Below, one piece after another: positions 27,597 through 38,007 of a DNA stretch of 64,000 nucleotides. A program made the position numbers and the translations under genes. Numbering within the stretch: position 1 is the first letter of the stretch; each line of letters starts with the position of its first letter. Origin of the DNA: Anaerolineales bacterium (GTDB taxonomy: Bacteria; Chloroflexota; Anaerolineae; Aggregatilineales; J027). The stretch covers positions 1,337,306-1,401,305 of the forward strand of contig JACKCI010000001.1 in NCBI GenBank assembly GCA_020634155.1. Direction: 5' to 3'. The notes under the pieces are model-generated. The model ran no database searches. It was not told the origin of the DNA and saw only the letters and a program-made list of their open reading frames with translations.

Positions 27597-28966
27597 ACAA
27601 GTTGTTTAATCAACCACTATCCATCATCAACATCGGCTTACCACGCTTTGCCGAAAGCGTCCAAGCACAAGGTGTGCCAACCCTCCATCTGGATTGGTCA
27701 CCCCCTCTGGTTCCCCACTACAGTCACACCCGCAATGGCACCTCCATTGACGCAGCCAATCAAGAGGCCATTGAGCGCCTCTTGGCGGGTCGTCCCATGA
27801 TTGTCGGTCTGGGCTTGGCCCGCGACGTTATCCCTAACCTGACTAACCACACCATTTTGCATGCTGGCCCACCTATCGAATGGGAGCATATGTGCGGCCC
27901 TACACGCGGGGCCATCTTGGGTGCCTTGGTCTATGAAGGCCTAGCCCCTGACCCAGAAGCTGCTGCCACTATGGTAGATGAACTCCACTTTGCACCCTGT
28001 CATCATCACCATGCAGTGGGGCCAATGGCTGGCGTAATTTCACCCTCTATGCCTGTGTGGATAATCGAAAACGCGACCTATGGTAATCGCGCCTATTGCA
28101 CACTCAATGAAGGTCTCGGCAAGGTCTTGCGTTATGGAGCCTACGGAGAAGAAGTCTATCAGCGCTTACACTGGATGGCAGATATTCTGTATCCCATACT
28201 AGCTGAGGCTGTTGCGTTCAGTGGCCCAATTGACCTGCGGAGTATGATTGCCCAAGCGCTGCACATGGGCGATGAGTGCCATAACCGCAACCGTGCTGGC
28301 ACCTCTCTGCTGTTACGTGCTTTGGGGCCAGCCCTCGCCCGCACCTGTACCAATACAGAATATCTTGCCCAAGTGTTGGAATTTATCGACGGTAACGACC
28401 ACTTCTTCCTCAATCTCGCCATGCCTGCCGCCAAAGCTACCCTTGAACCCGCCGAGGGCATCGAAGGCTCAACTATTATCACCATCATGGCTCGCAATGG
28501 AACCGACTTTGGGATACAGGTCTCTGGGGCAGCAGGTCAATGGTTTACCGCACCTGCCGCACAGGTCGATGGTCTCTATTTACCGGGATATAATGAGGAC
28601 GATGCTAACCCCGATATTGGAGATAGCACCATCACCGAGACCGCCGGCTATGGGGCCTTTGCGATGGCAGGTGCCCCTGCGATTGCCAGCTTTGTGGGTG
28701 GGACTGCCCAAGATGCCATTGCCACCACCCTTGAGATGTACACCATCTGCTTTGCCGAACACCAACACCTCACCATCCCCGCCCTCGAATTTCGCGGCAC
28801 CCCTTTGGGTCTCGATGTGCGCCTGATTATGGAGACGGGTATCTTGCCTAAACTCAATACAGGCATTGCCCATAAACATCCGGGGATTGGGATGGTTGGG
28901 GCGGGGGTATTACGTGCGCCCTATCAAAGTTTTGCCGATGCATTTGAAGCCATCACAACATGGTAG
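27593..28966 (+). CDS. Conserved protein, YlbE/DUF1116-like by context
   Basis: ATGA overlap with the fdrA-like gene. Its size (457 aa) and position after fdrA match the fdrA-ylbE-ylbF arrangement. I cannot verify family membership by motif. Confidence 0.5.
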   Translation: MNKLFNQPLSIINIGLPRFAESVQAQGVPTLHLDWSPPLVPHYSHTRNGTSIDAANQEAIERLLAGRPMIVGLGLARDVIPNLTNHTILHAGPPIEWEHMCGPTRGAILGALVYEGLAPDPEAAATMVDELHFAPCHHHHAVGPMAGVISPSMPVWIIENATYGNRAYCTLNEGLGKVLRYGAYGEEVYQRLHWMADILYPILAEAVAFSGPIDLRSMIAQALHMGDECHNRNRAGTSLLLRALGPALARTCTNTEYLAQVLEFIDGNDHFFLNLAMPAAKATLEPAEGIEGSTIITIMARNGTDFGIQVSGAAGQWFTAPAAQVDGLYLPGYNEDDANPDIGDSTITETAGYGAFAMAGAPAIASFVGGTAQDAIATTLEMYTICFAEHQHLTIPALEFRGTPLGLDVRLIMETGILPKLNTGIAHKHPGIGMVGAGVLRAPYQSFADAFEAITTW

Positions 28967-28979
28967 AAAAGGATAAATC

Positions 28980-29828
28980 ATGAAAATAATCGACCTCAGT
29001 ATTCCGCTTGGTATTGGTACCCCCGCATGGCCCACCTACGAGCCGTTACAGGTCAAATACTTTAAGCGCCTCGCCCCCAACGGAGCCAATGGGCAATTGG
29101 TCACGCATTCCAACCATCTCGGCACCCATCTCGATGGTGAGATTCACTTTCACACCCCCGGTAAGGACATCGCCAGCCTCGATTTTGATTTTTTGCACGG
29201 CCCCGGTGTCATTGTCGATTTATCCGATGCAGTAGGCGATTATGATATCTATACCTCGCAAATGATTGAAGAACGGGTCGAGGTACGGGAGGGGGATATT
29301 CTGATTATCCATACGGGTTATCACCGCTACGGTTGGGACCAGCCGACGGCAGATGAGGTGCGCTATATGGTTAAGCATCCCGGCCCTGACCGCGAGTTTG
29401 CCGATTGGTGCAAAGCCAAGAAAATCAAGTGGTTAGGGGTCGATTGCGGCAGCGCCGATCACCCCATGAACACCATCATCCGCCAATGGATGCCACGTCA
29501 AGCCGCCGAAGCCGAGCGCCATTTCCAAGCCAAGTACGGCAAATCATTGGCGGAGGTCTTTACCGACGATACGTACCAACTGATGCACATTGACCTCTTT
29601 CCGCATGGTATCATCCATGCCGAGTGTATCGGCGGCAATATTGATTTATTGCTCAATGAACGGGTGGAGATTGGGTGCTTTCCGTGGCGTTTTGTTGATG
29701 GAGAGGCCAGCATTTCGCGGATTGTGGCTTTTGTCGATGATGAGCGCTACGCCGCCCTTATGCAGAAAAAGAACCAATTTAACGCGACCCGCTTTGGGGA
29801 TTGTGTGTGTCAACGACCCCAGTTATAG
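28980..29828 (+). CDS. Putative cyclase / kynurenine-formamidase-family metal hydrolase
   Basis: Carries the HxGTHxDxxxH motif (HLGTHLDGEIHF). AAAGGA RBS upstream. Confidence 0.75.
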   Translation: MKIIDLSIPLGIGTPAWPTYEPLQVKYFKRLAPNGANGQLVTHSNHLGTHLDGEIHFHTPGKDIASLDFDFLHGPGVIVDLSDAVGDYDIYTSQMIEERVEVREGDILIIHTGYHRYGWDQPTADEVRYMVKHPGPDREFADWCKAKKIKWLGVDCGSADHPMNTIIRQWMPRQAAEAERHFQAKYGKSLAEVFTDDTYQLMHIDLFPHGIIHAECIGGNIDLLLNERVEIGCFPWRFVDGEASISRIVAFVDDERYAALMQKKNQFNATRFGDCVCQRPQL

Positions 29829-30550
29829 CCCTTTCTCTGACAAACTATGCCCGAACATGGCTGCAAACTGCCCAGCATGTTCGGGTTTTACATCGTTTTG
29901 AGCATGTGCATAACCTTATTGATAATAACGGATGGGTTGTTTCATTAGTTACACCCACTATCGGCAATGGCCCCTTTCATGTCGTTGTACCCCATCTATG
30001 CGACTATCAAGATGTAGACCCCACCTATGCCACCCTATGGAATGCTCAACCCGATTGGCACCGAGCAAGCCATATCAAAAAGCACCTTGCCCTGCTCAAG
30101 TCATACCTTATTAGCCATACCCCAGCCCCAACCTCACCATTTGAACAAAGGGTACATTACCACCTAGAGACGACAACCCATCGCGTCCTTGAAGCTCTCC
30201 ATCATCCTGTGCTGTTACAGCAGGCGGTACAAATCGTAGCGGGACAAGGGCTAGGCTTGACTCCTGCTGGAGACGATTGGCTTGTGGGTTGTATGATTGC
30301 GCTCTATCTGGAAGGTTACCCTGAGATTGCCTTGCACATCGCCCAGACAGCGAGACCCGCAACCACGCCCCTTTCTGCGGCATGGGTATGGATGGCAGGT
30401 CAAGGGCAAGTTAGTGAACACTGGCACCACTTACTCAATGCCCATTCAATACAAGCCATCGAAAGCGCTAATCTAGCCATTCTCAATCAAGGTCATTCAT
30501 CGGGAGTCGATGCGATGCGCGGCTTTATCCAAACACTCGACGCGCTATGA
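29801..30550 (+). CDS. Hypothetical protein, possibly YlbF/DUF2877-like by context
   Basis: ORF with a non-ATG start (TTG 29801 or GTG 29807) overlapping the cyclase 3' end. The functional call rests only on gene-neighbourhood memory. Confidence 0.4.
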   Translation: MCVSTTPVIALSLTNYARTWLQTAQHVRVLHRFEHVHNLIDNNGWVVSLVTPTIGNGPFHVVVPHLCDYQDVDPTYATLWNAQPDWHRASHIKKHLALLKSYLISHTPAPTSPFEQRVHYHLETTTHRVLEALHHPVLLQQAVQIVAGQGLGLTPAGDDWLVGCMIALYLEGYPEIALHIAQTARPATTPLSAAWVWMAGQGQVSEHWHHLLNAHSIQAIESANLAILNQGHSSGVDAMRGFIQTLDAL

Positions 30551-31877
30551 AGGCCGCGAGTTGCAGCAAGCGCTCATTATCGAGCGCCATCAACTGCAAG
30601 CCGATTGGCAAGCCTTCCGTTGGCATCGGAATTGAAATAGCAGGTAATCCCGCTACATTGGCAAGACGTGTATAAGCAATAAGCTTGCCACCAAGTGTTG
30701 GATCAGCTTCTAGCGCGGCAAAAGTTGGTGCGACCATCTGGACTGTGGGGCCAATCGTGCAGTCAACGCCCATCAGAAGGGCTTGCATTTCAGCACGAAT
30801 CTGGTGACGGAGGTCGAGTGCTGCCAAGTAGTCGATGGCACGTACCATCAAACCACGCTGAAGCCACCCCCGAACATCGACCCCATAGTCGTCCATACGC
30901 TCCAGATAGGTTTGATGCACGTGAGCCGCTTCAGAAAAAGTTATTGTTGTGGCAGTAGCTGACACTTGACGATAATCCGGCAAGGTCACATCCACCAACT
31001 GGCACCCATAGGCTGATAAGGCTTGGATAAGGCTGTCAAATTGAGTTTGGATACTCGACTCGGCCCGCTCAATCTCGGCTCGAATAACGCCTACCCGCAA
31101 CGGCTGAACTTGACCATATGTCGGACAAGCCACTAAGCTATGAACAGCCTGTATCTCCTCAACCGATCGCGCCAAGAGGCCCATATGGTCAAGACTTGGT
31201 GCAAGCGGGAAGACCCCATCGCGTGAGTAGGTATCGTAAGCAGGTTTAAACCCAACCACCCCACATAAAGCGGCTGGTAACCGAACCGATCCCCCCGTAT
31301 CTGTTCCAATAGCAATCTGGGCTGACCTCTCAGCCACCGCCACCGCTGACCCCGTGCTGGAGCCACCCGCAATCCTGAGTGCATCATGCGGATTGACAGT
31401 CGTACCACTAAAATCGTTAATGCCCGTAACCCCGAAAGCAAATTCATGCAAGGAGGTTAAGCCAATCAGCGTTGCACCCGCCCCAACCAGTTGGGCTACG
31501 AGTGTTGCATGACGCGCTTCAAGGGGTGCATCTTGGCGCAGTTTCGATCCTGCACCAATTCGATACCCTGCAACGGCCATCAAGTCCTTGACAGCAACCG
31601 TTACACCAGTGAAGGGGCCATATTGCTGAGGAGTGGCACTATGAAAAATAGCAGTATACGCCCCACCATCATAAACACCACGGGCACGGCTCAAAGCTTC
31701 CGCAATAATTGTATCAGAGGGTTGGTCAGCGGGTACGATTGAGGGAATAGCGTGGAATTTAGGAACATGTTGCAAGTGAGTGCGGATATGAGCGACAAAG
31801 GCTTCTGCGTCAGGTCTATCATTCACAACAACCACCACTTTCGGATACTTGTATCCATACCAAAAGCAATCATACAA
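30525..31877 (-). CDS. Amidase-signature (AS) family amidase
   Basis: Carries AVKDLMAVAG (catalytic Lys region) and GGSSTGSAVAVA (the GGSS motif). The 3' end overlaps the convergent gene by 26 nt. Confidence 0.85.
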   Translation of the reverse strand: MYDCFWYGYKYPKVVVVVNDRPDAEAFVAHIRTHLQHVPKFHAIPSIVPADQPSDTIIAEALSRARGVYDGGAYTAIFHSATPQQYGPFTGVTVAVKDLMAVAGYRIGAGSKLRQDAPLEARHATLVAQLVGAGATLIGLTSLHEFAFGVTGINDFSGTTVNPHDALRIAGGSSTGSAVAVAERSAQIAIGTDTGGSVRLPAALCGVVGFKPAYDTYSRDGVFPLAPSLDHMGLLARSVEEIQAVHSLVACPTYGQVQPLRVGVIRAEIERAESSIQTQFDSLIQALSAYGCQLVDVTLPDYRQVSATATTITFSEAAHVHQTYLERMDDYGVDVRGWLQRGLMVRAIDYLAALDLRHQIRAEMQALLMGVDCTIGPTVQMVAPTFAALEADPTLGGKLIAYTRLANVAGLPAISIPMPTEGLPIGLQLMALDNERLLQLAAFIARRVFG

Positions 31878-32318
31878 TACTGATATTCATACAGAAAGCC
31901 CAATTCTGCATTATTTCAGTAGCTAGACTTGCCCCGAAAGAGTGGAGAACGGAAAAAAAGAGCGCGGCGGTAAACACCACCTCCCGCATTTCTTAGATGC
32001 CTTCATTGAGCAATACCCCATCCTAGAACAACTGGCGGCCTATATCATCGAGCAGCATGAAACCCTTGCCGACAACCTCAATTTTGTGCCAATACGAGTG
32101 AATGACCCAAGGTTATGCTGCAAGCCATTGAGTGCCTCAACCCCAAATTACGCGGGCAACAGCACCACAAAAAACGGCTTGAAACCAAAAAATTGCCGAG
32201 CCTACGGTGACATCCACCTTGCTCACGATTTAGGAAATATCCCAACTGGTTATTCTAAGTAACTCCGGCAGCAATAGGTAAATTCAACACAGATTCGTCC
32301 TTTTCTCTCATAGTCTTT

Positions 32319-35264
32319 TCAGGATAGCAACAACACCTGCCGCACCAGTGCCACAACGTGTGATAAGTCAGCTTGGCGGCCCTGTTGTTGAGATGCGCGA
32401 AGATCGGTCTCCTCAAGGTGTGGTTGCATTGTTTGAAGCAATGCCTGAGCAGTAGTCTTGGTATCCGGATTAAGGGTATGTTGACTAAGAACAAAGCTCG
32501 TGGTAACGACGGTTTCACAACTATACCCTCTCTGTCTCATAATCTCACCCAATCCAACTAAAGAGTCAAAAATGATCGGATCAAGATTTGCTTGTTGCGC
32601 CGCTTGCAGTGCTCCTAGAAAGTGATGCGCCGCTTCTTCAAGGCGTGACATCTGGCAGGCATTATGTCCCAATGTATTCAATGCCCAAGCAACACCCTGC
32701 TCGTAATTCAATTCCCGATATTCTTGCAGGCTCTTTAGCAAACGTTCATGGGCCTCAAGATGCTTGCCCTGACAATAATGTATGTGACCATGTTGCCAGT
32801 CGATGTTGGCCTGTCCACGCGGGCGATAACGCTCCTGCTCACGGGCTGCGGCACTTACCAACAATTTTTCAGCATCTTCACTATCGCCCATTGCATTCAG
32901 CAATCTTGCATACCGCCATAATACGCTTCCAATGCGAGTGATCGAACCCTTTTCCAGTAAATCCAGATTGGTCTCAATGAAATTTCTCGCTTCAAACTGC
33001 TGGGTCTCAGTGGTTGCTAGTTCGGCCAAAACACTGGCAGACAAAATATACGCTTCATAGGCATTTAGTTCATGTAGCAGGATTACCCCCTGCCGTGCCA
33101 ATTTGTACCCCACATCCATTTTTCCGGTGCGCCCCAAAAAGTAGCCATAAAGAGCCAAGCAACGTCCGTATTGAACACGTGCTACAGGTTCGGTTTGCAT
33201 TTCAAGCGCCTGCACCGCCTGCTGAAAAATGTTAGCCCCATCTTGTAACCGACTTTGAGCATCAAACAAGGCCCACAAACCCTCACGCAATTGCTCAATA
33301 GAAACCCAATCAAGTTGGTCGATGGCAGTATGCCAAGCCTGCTGGATATTCTCAAAGTCGGCTACAGCAATCTGGTAGTTGCCTCCAATGATGGACGATT
33401 CATGTTCGATAATAAACGAGGCATAGTAATGAGCATGGTTGGTGTTGGTTTCAGCTAATAAGTCAGGCTGTTGCTGGAGTTTCTCCTGCAAATAGTGTTG
33501 GAGCAACTGATGAATCTCATAGCGGGTCTGATACATGCGAAAAATCAACGATTTACTGAGCAGGATATTCAACATCCCCAGACTAGCGCCAGCCACCTGT
33601 TGTGCCGCTTGGCGTGAGAAGCCGTTACGAAATGTGGATAACCGCAATAACATTTCTTGTTCACCCGCATTCAAACGTTGCCACGTTGCTTCAAAAATCG
33701 TTCGGATGCTCCGATGACGCTCTGGGGTATTAATTTGTTCAGTGGACAAGAGATCAATGCCCGACACAATCTCGTCGCGGATTTCGCCTAAAGTGAGCAG
33801 CGACACCCAACTAGCCGCCAGTTCGAGGGCCAATGGCATTCCACGTACCATCCAGCAGATGTCACCGACTAATTCAGCTTCCTCAGTAGCAAGAGTAAAA
33901 GCAGGGTTACTCCGTCGTGCGCTCTGTAAGAAGAGTTGGGTCGCATCAGTCTGCGATACAGTGTTGCCCAAATCAGCTCGTACAAAACCTAGGCCATCAA
34001 GTGGAAATAAGGTTTCACCCCGTAAATACAGTACATCTCGTGAAGTAATAAGCGTATATAAATTAGGCGCGGCCATCAACAACTCCGCCACCAATTCAGC
34101 ACTTCCAAGGAGATGCTCAAAATTATCCAACACCAATAGCATCTTCTTATCCGCTAGAAACGTTTTCAATGCCTGACTTGGAGATTCCCCGCTATTAAAA
34201 TCCAGATTAATCGTTGCCGCGATGACCGGGATGAGTTGATCAATGACTTTCACAGTGGTCAAGCCAACAAGAAAAACACCATCAGAGAAGCCTTCCATCA
34301 CATCTTCAGCCACTTTAAGCGCCAGCCTTGACTTACCGACTCCGCCTAAACCAACAATCGTAATCAAGCGAGCAGCCGATTGCTCGATTAGCTTTCGTAG
34401 CTCTTGGCGTTCAGATTTACGACCCACAAAAGCCGTCAGATGGCTTGGTAGGTTATTGGGCGTGATTCCAGCAGCCATGGAAATTGAGGTTGTTTGTTGG
34501 ATAGATTCACTCACAGGCTTTTCACCAGCAAGAATCCGTTGATAGAAACGCTCGGTTTCTTGTTCAGGTGCAATCCCAAAAGCTTTTTCCAAAATATCAC
34601 AACACACTTGATAGTGTCGCAAGGCCGCTACTCGTTGACCTGATAAGGCCAACAAGACCATATAGAGGCGATGCGCTTCTTCATCAAGGTCATCTAACAT
34701 CAACAAATGACTAACGGTCTCAATGCCGCGGTCATAGCGTTGTTGTTGCAGATCATAGTTAGCGAGTAAATGAAGTCCCTGAACCACGCGCCGTACCAGA
34801 CGATTTCGTTCAGCGACCATCCAACGCTCGAATTCACTGCTATCAACATAGAATCCCTCTAGGAAACCACCCCGATACAAATTCAGGGCCGTCTGAAGTC
34901 GCACGACATGTTCCTCAGTCAGTGTCTCCGTACCGGACAGGAGGCAATCCTCCAGTTCAGCAAAATCAAATCGAATGTTTGCCGCCATATTGATGGAGAC
35001 AAAATCACCCCGCGGTGCGAGTAAGAAATCGCCAATTCCATGCCGTAAGTTACACAGCATTCGTCTTAAGTTGCGTAGCGCATCACTCTGCGAATACCCC
35101 TCCCAAAACATCTCTGCTAATGCTTCGCGCGGATGAGGTCTAGCGGTTCCTAGCAGATAGACAAAAAGAGCAGCCTCTTTGCGTGTTTCAAACGCCACAT
35201 CTTGATCAACGCGCAGCACACGCAATCCCCCTAAAGCCATGACGGTCAATTGCTCAGTTGTCAT
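32319..35264 (-). CDS. SARP/BTAD-family transcriptional regulator fused to NB-ARC-type ATPase and TPR repeats
   Basis: N-terminal winged-helix plus BTAD region (LRVLRVDQDVAFETRKEAALFVYLL..., RLYMVLLALSGQRVAALRHYQVCCDILEKAFGIAPEQET). Walker A GLGGVGKSRLA and Walker B LLVLDNFEH. The C-terminal half is long and helical-repeat in character. Start preferred at ATG 35264 (MTTEQLTVMALGG). Confidence 0.85.
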   Translation of the reverse strand: MTTEQLTVMALGGLRVLRVDQDVAFETRKEAALFVYLLGTARPHPREALAEMFWEGYSQSDALRNLRRMLCNLRHGIGDFLLAPRGDFVSINMAANIRFDFAELEDCLLSGTETLTEEHVVRLQTALNLYRGGFLEGFYVDSSEFERWMVAERNRLVRRVVQGLHLLANYDLQQQRYDRGIETVSHLLMLDDLDEEAHRLYMVLLALSGQRVAALRHYQVCCDILEKAFGIAPEQETERFYQRILAGEKPVSESIQQTTSISMAAGITPNNLPSHLTAFVGRKSERQELRKLIEQSAARLITIVGLGGVGKSRLALKVAEDVMEGFSDGVFLVGLTTVKVIDQLIPVIAATINLDFNSGESPSQALKTFLADKKMLLVLDNFEHLLGSAELVAELLMAAPNLYTLITSRDVLYLRGETLFPLDGLGFVRADLGNTVSQTDATQLFLQSARRSNPAFTLATEEAELVGDICWMVRGMPLALELAASWVSLLTLGEIRDEIVSGIDLLSTEQINTPERHRSIRTIFEATWQRLNAGEQEMLLRLSTFRNGFSRQAAQQVAGASLGMLNILLSKSLIFRMYQTRYEIHQLLQHYLQEKLQQQPDLLAETNTNHAHYYASFIIEHESSIIGGNYQIAVADFENIQQAWHTAIDQLDWVSIEQLREGLWALFDAQSRLQDGANIFQQAVQALEMQTEPVARVQYGRCLALYGYFLGRTGKMDVGYKLARQGVILLHELNAYEAYILSASVLAELATTETQQFEARNFIETNLDLLEKGSITRIGSVLWRYARLLNAMGDSEDAEKLLVSAAAREQERYRPRGQANIDWQHGHIHYCQGKHLEAHERLLKSLQEYRELNYEQGVAWALNTLGHNACQMSRLEEAAHHFLGALQAAQQANLDPIIFDSLVGLGEIMRQRGYSCETVVTTSFVLSQHTLNPDTKTTAQALLQTMQPHLEETDLRASQQQGRQADLSHVVALVRQVLLLS

Positions 35265-35394
35265 TTGCCGTGTCCTTTTTCCAACAACACGTTGTCCGAA
35301 TGATTCTCGAACGTTCTTAGGTCGGATCTTCAACTATGGTCGAATGTCGGTTTCCTATTCTGTAGTCAATAACGAGCAACTAAAGGAGGCCATC

Positions 35395-36246
35395 GTGTTT
35401 CAGCTAAAACCAACCTACCTCCATAATTGGATACAAGGAATCATTATTGTCATCTTTGTCACAACTATTATCACCAATTTTCCCACAGATCGTCAACCAC
35501 CGACAGTTGGATCAGATGATATTAGTATTGATGAGTTGCTCGCATTAGAAGCCAGTGGGGAAGGTCAATCTGCTGTAATACAGGTCACTCAACTGGCTTA
35601 TGAACTAGGTCATTGGGCACCTGCTCCCGGCGATATAATCGTATATGATGCATTTATGTCACACCGCTGTCGCGGTGCAACAATTGACTACGACGAACTG
35701 CCTGAAGCATGTACGAGCAATCGTCCAGAAATGACCTTTGACAGTGAAATTTGTGCCGCTGAGTTCTGGGCACAAGAGCCAATGGTGCGCTTTGGTCGAT
35801 CCTTCTTCACAACCCCCATTGGTGGCGGAAAAGTTGTGCCTCGTACAATAGACGATGTGTTGGCAACGTTTATCGAAGAGACTGGACATTCGTGGCAAGA
35901 ATATCAGTTTGAGACGGACGGTCACGGCGGGGAGCGCATTCACCCAACCACACTCGAAGAATCCCGCTATTGGGCACCGGGGCGTGAATATCAAGTCAAA
36001 CGCTACATCTTAAGTCTTGATGGTACCCTGTTGAATTTATCCGCCACACAGCGTGCCAACACAGTGACCTACATCTGTACGGGGTATGCCAACCCTATTG
36101 GAAGCGAAGTGCCTCCTTATTCTGCTCCTCCAGAATGGCCCAACCCTGAAGGATGGCCGACCACCAACCCAACACCCGACGAGCTTATGGACTTCTGCAG
36201 CACAGCAACTTTCAACCCTGATAGTGGCATTATTCCACTCAATTAG
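35395..36246 (+). CDS. Hypothetical membrane-anchored/exported protein (about 283 aa)
   Basis: A strong RBS (AAGGAGG) lies 5 nt before GTG 35395. The N-terminal TM helix is WIQGIIIVIFVTTIITNF. No catalytic motif was recognised. The track start at 35239 overlaps the regulator gene and is unlikely. Confidence 0.55.
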   Translation: MFQLKPTYLHNWIQGIIIVIFVTTIITNFPTDRQPPTVGSDDISIDELLALEASGEGQSAVIQVTQLAYELGHWAPAPGDIIVYDAFMSHRCRGATIDYDELPEACTSNRPEMTFDSEICAAEFWAQEPMVRFGRSFFTTPIGGGKVVPRTIDDVLATFIEETGHSWQEYQFETDGHGGERIHPTTLEESRYWAPGREYQVKRYILSLDGTLLNLSATQRANTVTYICTGYANPIGSEVPPYSAPPEWPNPEGWPTTNPTPDELMDFCSTATFNPDSGIIPLN

Positions 36247-36260
36247 GGAAAGTCCATACT

Positions 36261-36929
36261 TCAGAGTCCGTCCGTGTGTTTAGGTGAAGCACCCCGATGA
36301 ATCAACCCCAACTCAATGGCTTTCACCACCGCCTCGGTACGGGTCTCAACTTCGAGCTTCTTTAAAATCGCACTGACATAAAACTTGATAGTCGCCACAC
36401 TCAAGGATAATTGCTCGGCAATCTGCGGATTGGTCAGACCCTCGCCCATCAGTTGCAGCACCTCAACCTCACGTTCTTTGAGGTCATGGGTACTCCCCGG
36501 TCCAAGGCGCACATGGATTAACGCCTGCGCCGCTTCAGGCGAGAGGATAGGCTTGCCTTGATAGGCCAAATGAATAGCCCGCACCATCTCATGAATGGAG
36601 ATATTTTTGAGGATATAACCAATGGCTCCAGCTTCCAACGCACGCTCGACCAAGTCTTCATCATCAAAACTGGTCAACGCCAAAATCTGCACCTGTGGAT
36701 ACTGACGGCGGATAAGCTGGATGGCATCAACCCCACTCATCTCTGGCATCACCAAATCCATCAAGATAACATCAGGTTGCACCTTGGGGCACAGTTCCAG
36801 AATCTCACGCCCATTGCTGGCCTCCCCAACCAATTCCACATCAGGGAACGCCCGCAGAAAATTAGCCAATCCGGAACGCACAATGGCATGGTCATCGGCA
36901 ATTGCCACCCGAATAATTTTGGATACCAT
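36261..36929 (-). CDS. NarL/LuxR-family response regulator
   Basis: Receiver motifs are RVAIADDH and ILMDLVMPEMSG. The C-terminal LuxR HTH is REVEVLQLMGEGLTNPQIAEQLSLSVATIKFYVSAILKKL. Confidence 0.9.
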   Translation of the reverse strand: MVSKIIRVAIADDHAIVRSGLANFLRAFPDVELVGEASNGREILELCPKVQPDVILMDLVMPEMSGVDAIQLIRRQYPQVQILALTSFDDEDLVERALEAGAIGYILKNISIHEMVRAIHLAYQGKPILSPEAAQALIHVRLGPGSTHDLKEREVEVLQLMGEGLTNPQIAEQLSLSVATIKFYVSAILKKLEVETRTEAVVKAIELGLIHRGASPKHTDGL

Positions 36930-36932
36930 ACC

Positions 36933-37973
36933 TTATTGCACCCCACTTGCCCAACGTAAATGAACAATAGTACCTTGGTCAGGGTAACTTTCAATCTGGA
37001 ACTGAGCAGCAATCGAATCCGCTCGTTCCTGCATATTCCCCAACCCAAAATGACTGGGGGGCATATCCTCAATATCAAAGCCGCGTCCATTGTCACGAAT
37101 CGTCAAGACAATATCCATGTTATCTTGGTAAAAGCGAATCTCGATATGGGTTGCGTGGGCATACTTAGCAATGTTATTCAGCGCTTCTTGGGCTATCCGA
37201 TAAAAGACCAGATGTACCTCTTGTGGCAAACTTAGCTCCGGTTCGGCAGAGAGCGTAATATCCGCATTCGTCCGCTTGCTATAGACCTCTGCCAATTGGC
37301 GCAACAACTCGCCAAGCCGCACTTTGGATAAGATTTCAGGGCGCAATTCAAAAAGCAAGATACGTAACTCCAACAAGGCCGATTGTGAAAGCTGGTGTAT
37401 CTGCTGGAGGCTTCCTTCAAGCTGTTCGGGATATTCTTGATACTGGAAAATAGCGCTTTCAGCAATGATGCTGATGGAAAACAGCGTTTGGCTCACTGCA
37501 TCATGCAAGTCACGGGCCAGACGTTGGCGCTCTTGTAGGGCCGCCAATTCTAAGGATTGCTGATAGAACCGATACAGCATCAATTGGCTTTCCACCCGTG
37601 CAATAACCTCCTCTACTTGGAATGGCTTAGTCACATAATCCACCGCTCCAAGTTGGAAAGCCTTTATCTTATCAATAGTCTCATCCGCCGAGCTAATGAA
37701 AATAACCGGAATTTGGCGCAGATGCTCACTGGCCTTAAGTTGCTCACACACTTGGTAGCCATCAATGTCAGGCATTTTGATGTCGAGCAAAATGATGTCG
37801 GGGGTGATGGCACGGGCCGCCACCAACCCCATCGTCCCGCTCACTACTGCCCGTACTTTGTGGCCGCGTTCCTCCAAGATTGAAGAAAGAAGCTGCAAAT
37901 TCGCCGGGGTGTCGTCAATGATGAGAATGTCCCCTTTGGTATTTCGATATTGACCAAAAGGCATTGCGGTCAC
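36933..37973 (-). CDS. Receiver-domain-containing histidine kinase (REC + HisKA_3 + HATPase)
   Basis: Receiver motifs ILIIDD and LLDIKMPDIDG, H-box LARDLHDAVSQTL, N-box EALNNIAKYA, G-boxes RDNGRGF and GLGNMQERA. The gene ends 3 nt before the LuxR-type response regulator gene. Confidence 0.85.
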   Translation of the reverse strand: MTAMPFGQYRNTKGDILIIDDTPANLQLLSSILEERGHKVRAVVSGTMGLVAARAITPDIILLDIKMPDIDGYQVCEQLKASEHLRQIPVIFISSADETIDKIKAFQLGAVDYVTKPFQVEEVIARVESQLMLYRFYQQSLELAALQERQRLARDLHDAVSQTLFSISIIAESAIFQYQEYPEQLEGSLQQIHQLSQSALLELRILLFELRPEILSKVRLGELLRQLAEVYSKRTNADITLSAEPELSLPQEVHLVFYRIAQEALNNIAKYAHATHIEIRFYQDNMDIVLTIRDNGRGFDIEDMPPSHFGLGNMQERADSIAAQFQIESYPDQGTIVHLRWASGVQ

Positions 37974-38007
37974 TCTTTCAAAAAAAGTCGGTGTTGGAGG
38001 TATCCCC

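Noticed and set aside
31942-32262. 106-aa ORF between the amidase and the SARP regulator, with an alternative-frame peptide (MLQAIECLNPKLRGQQHHKKRLETKKLPSLR) that looked like a possible frameshifted gene or transposase remnant.
   Set aside because: No recognisable family motif, no inverted repeats, weak start context. It could be a decayed pseudogene, but I cannot support that from sequence alone.
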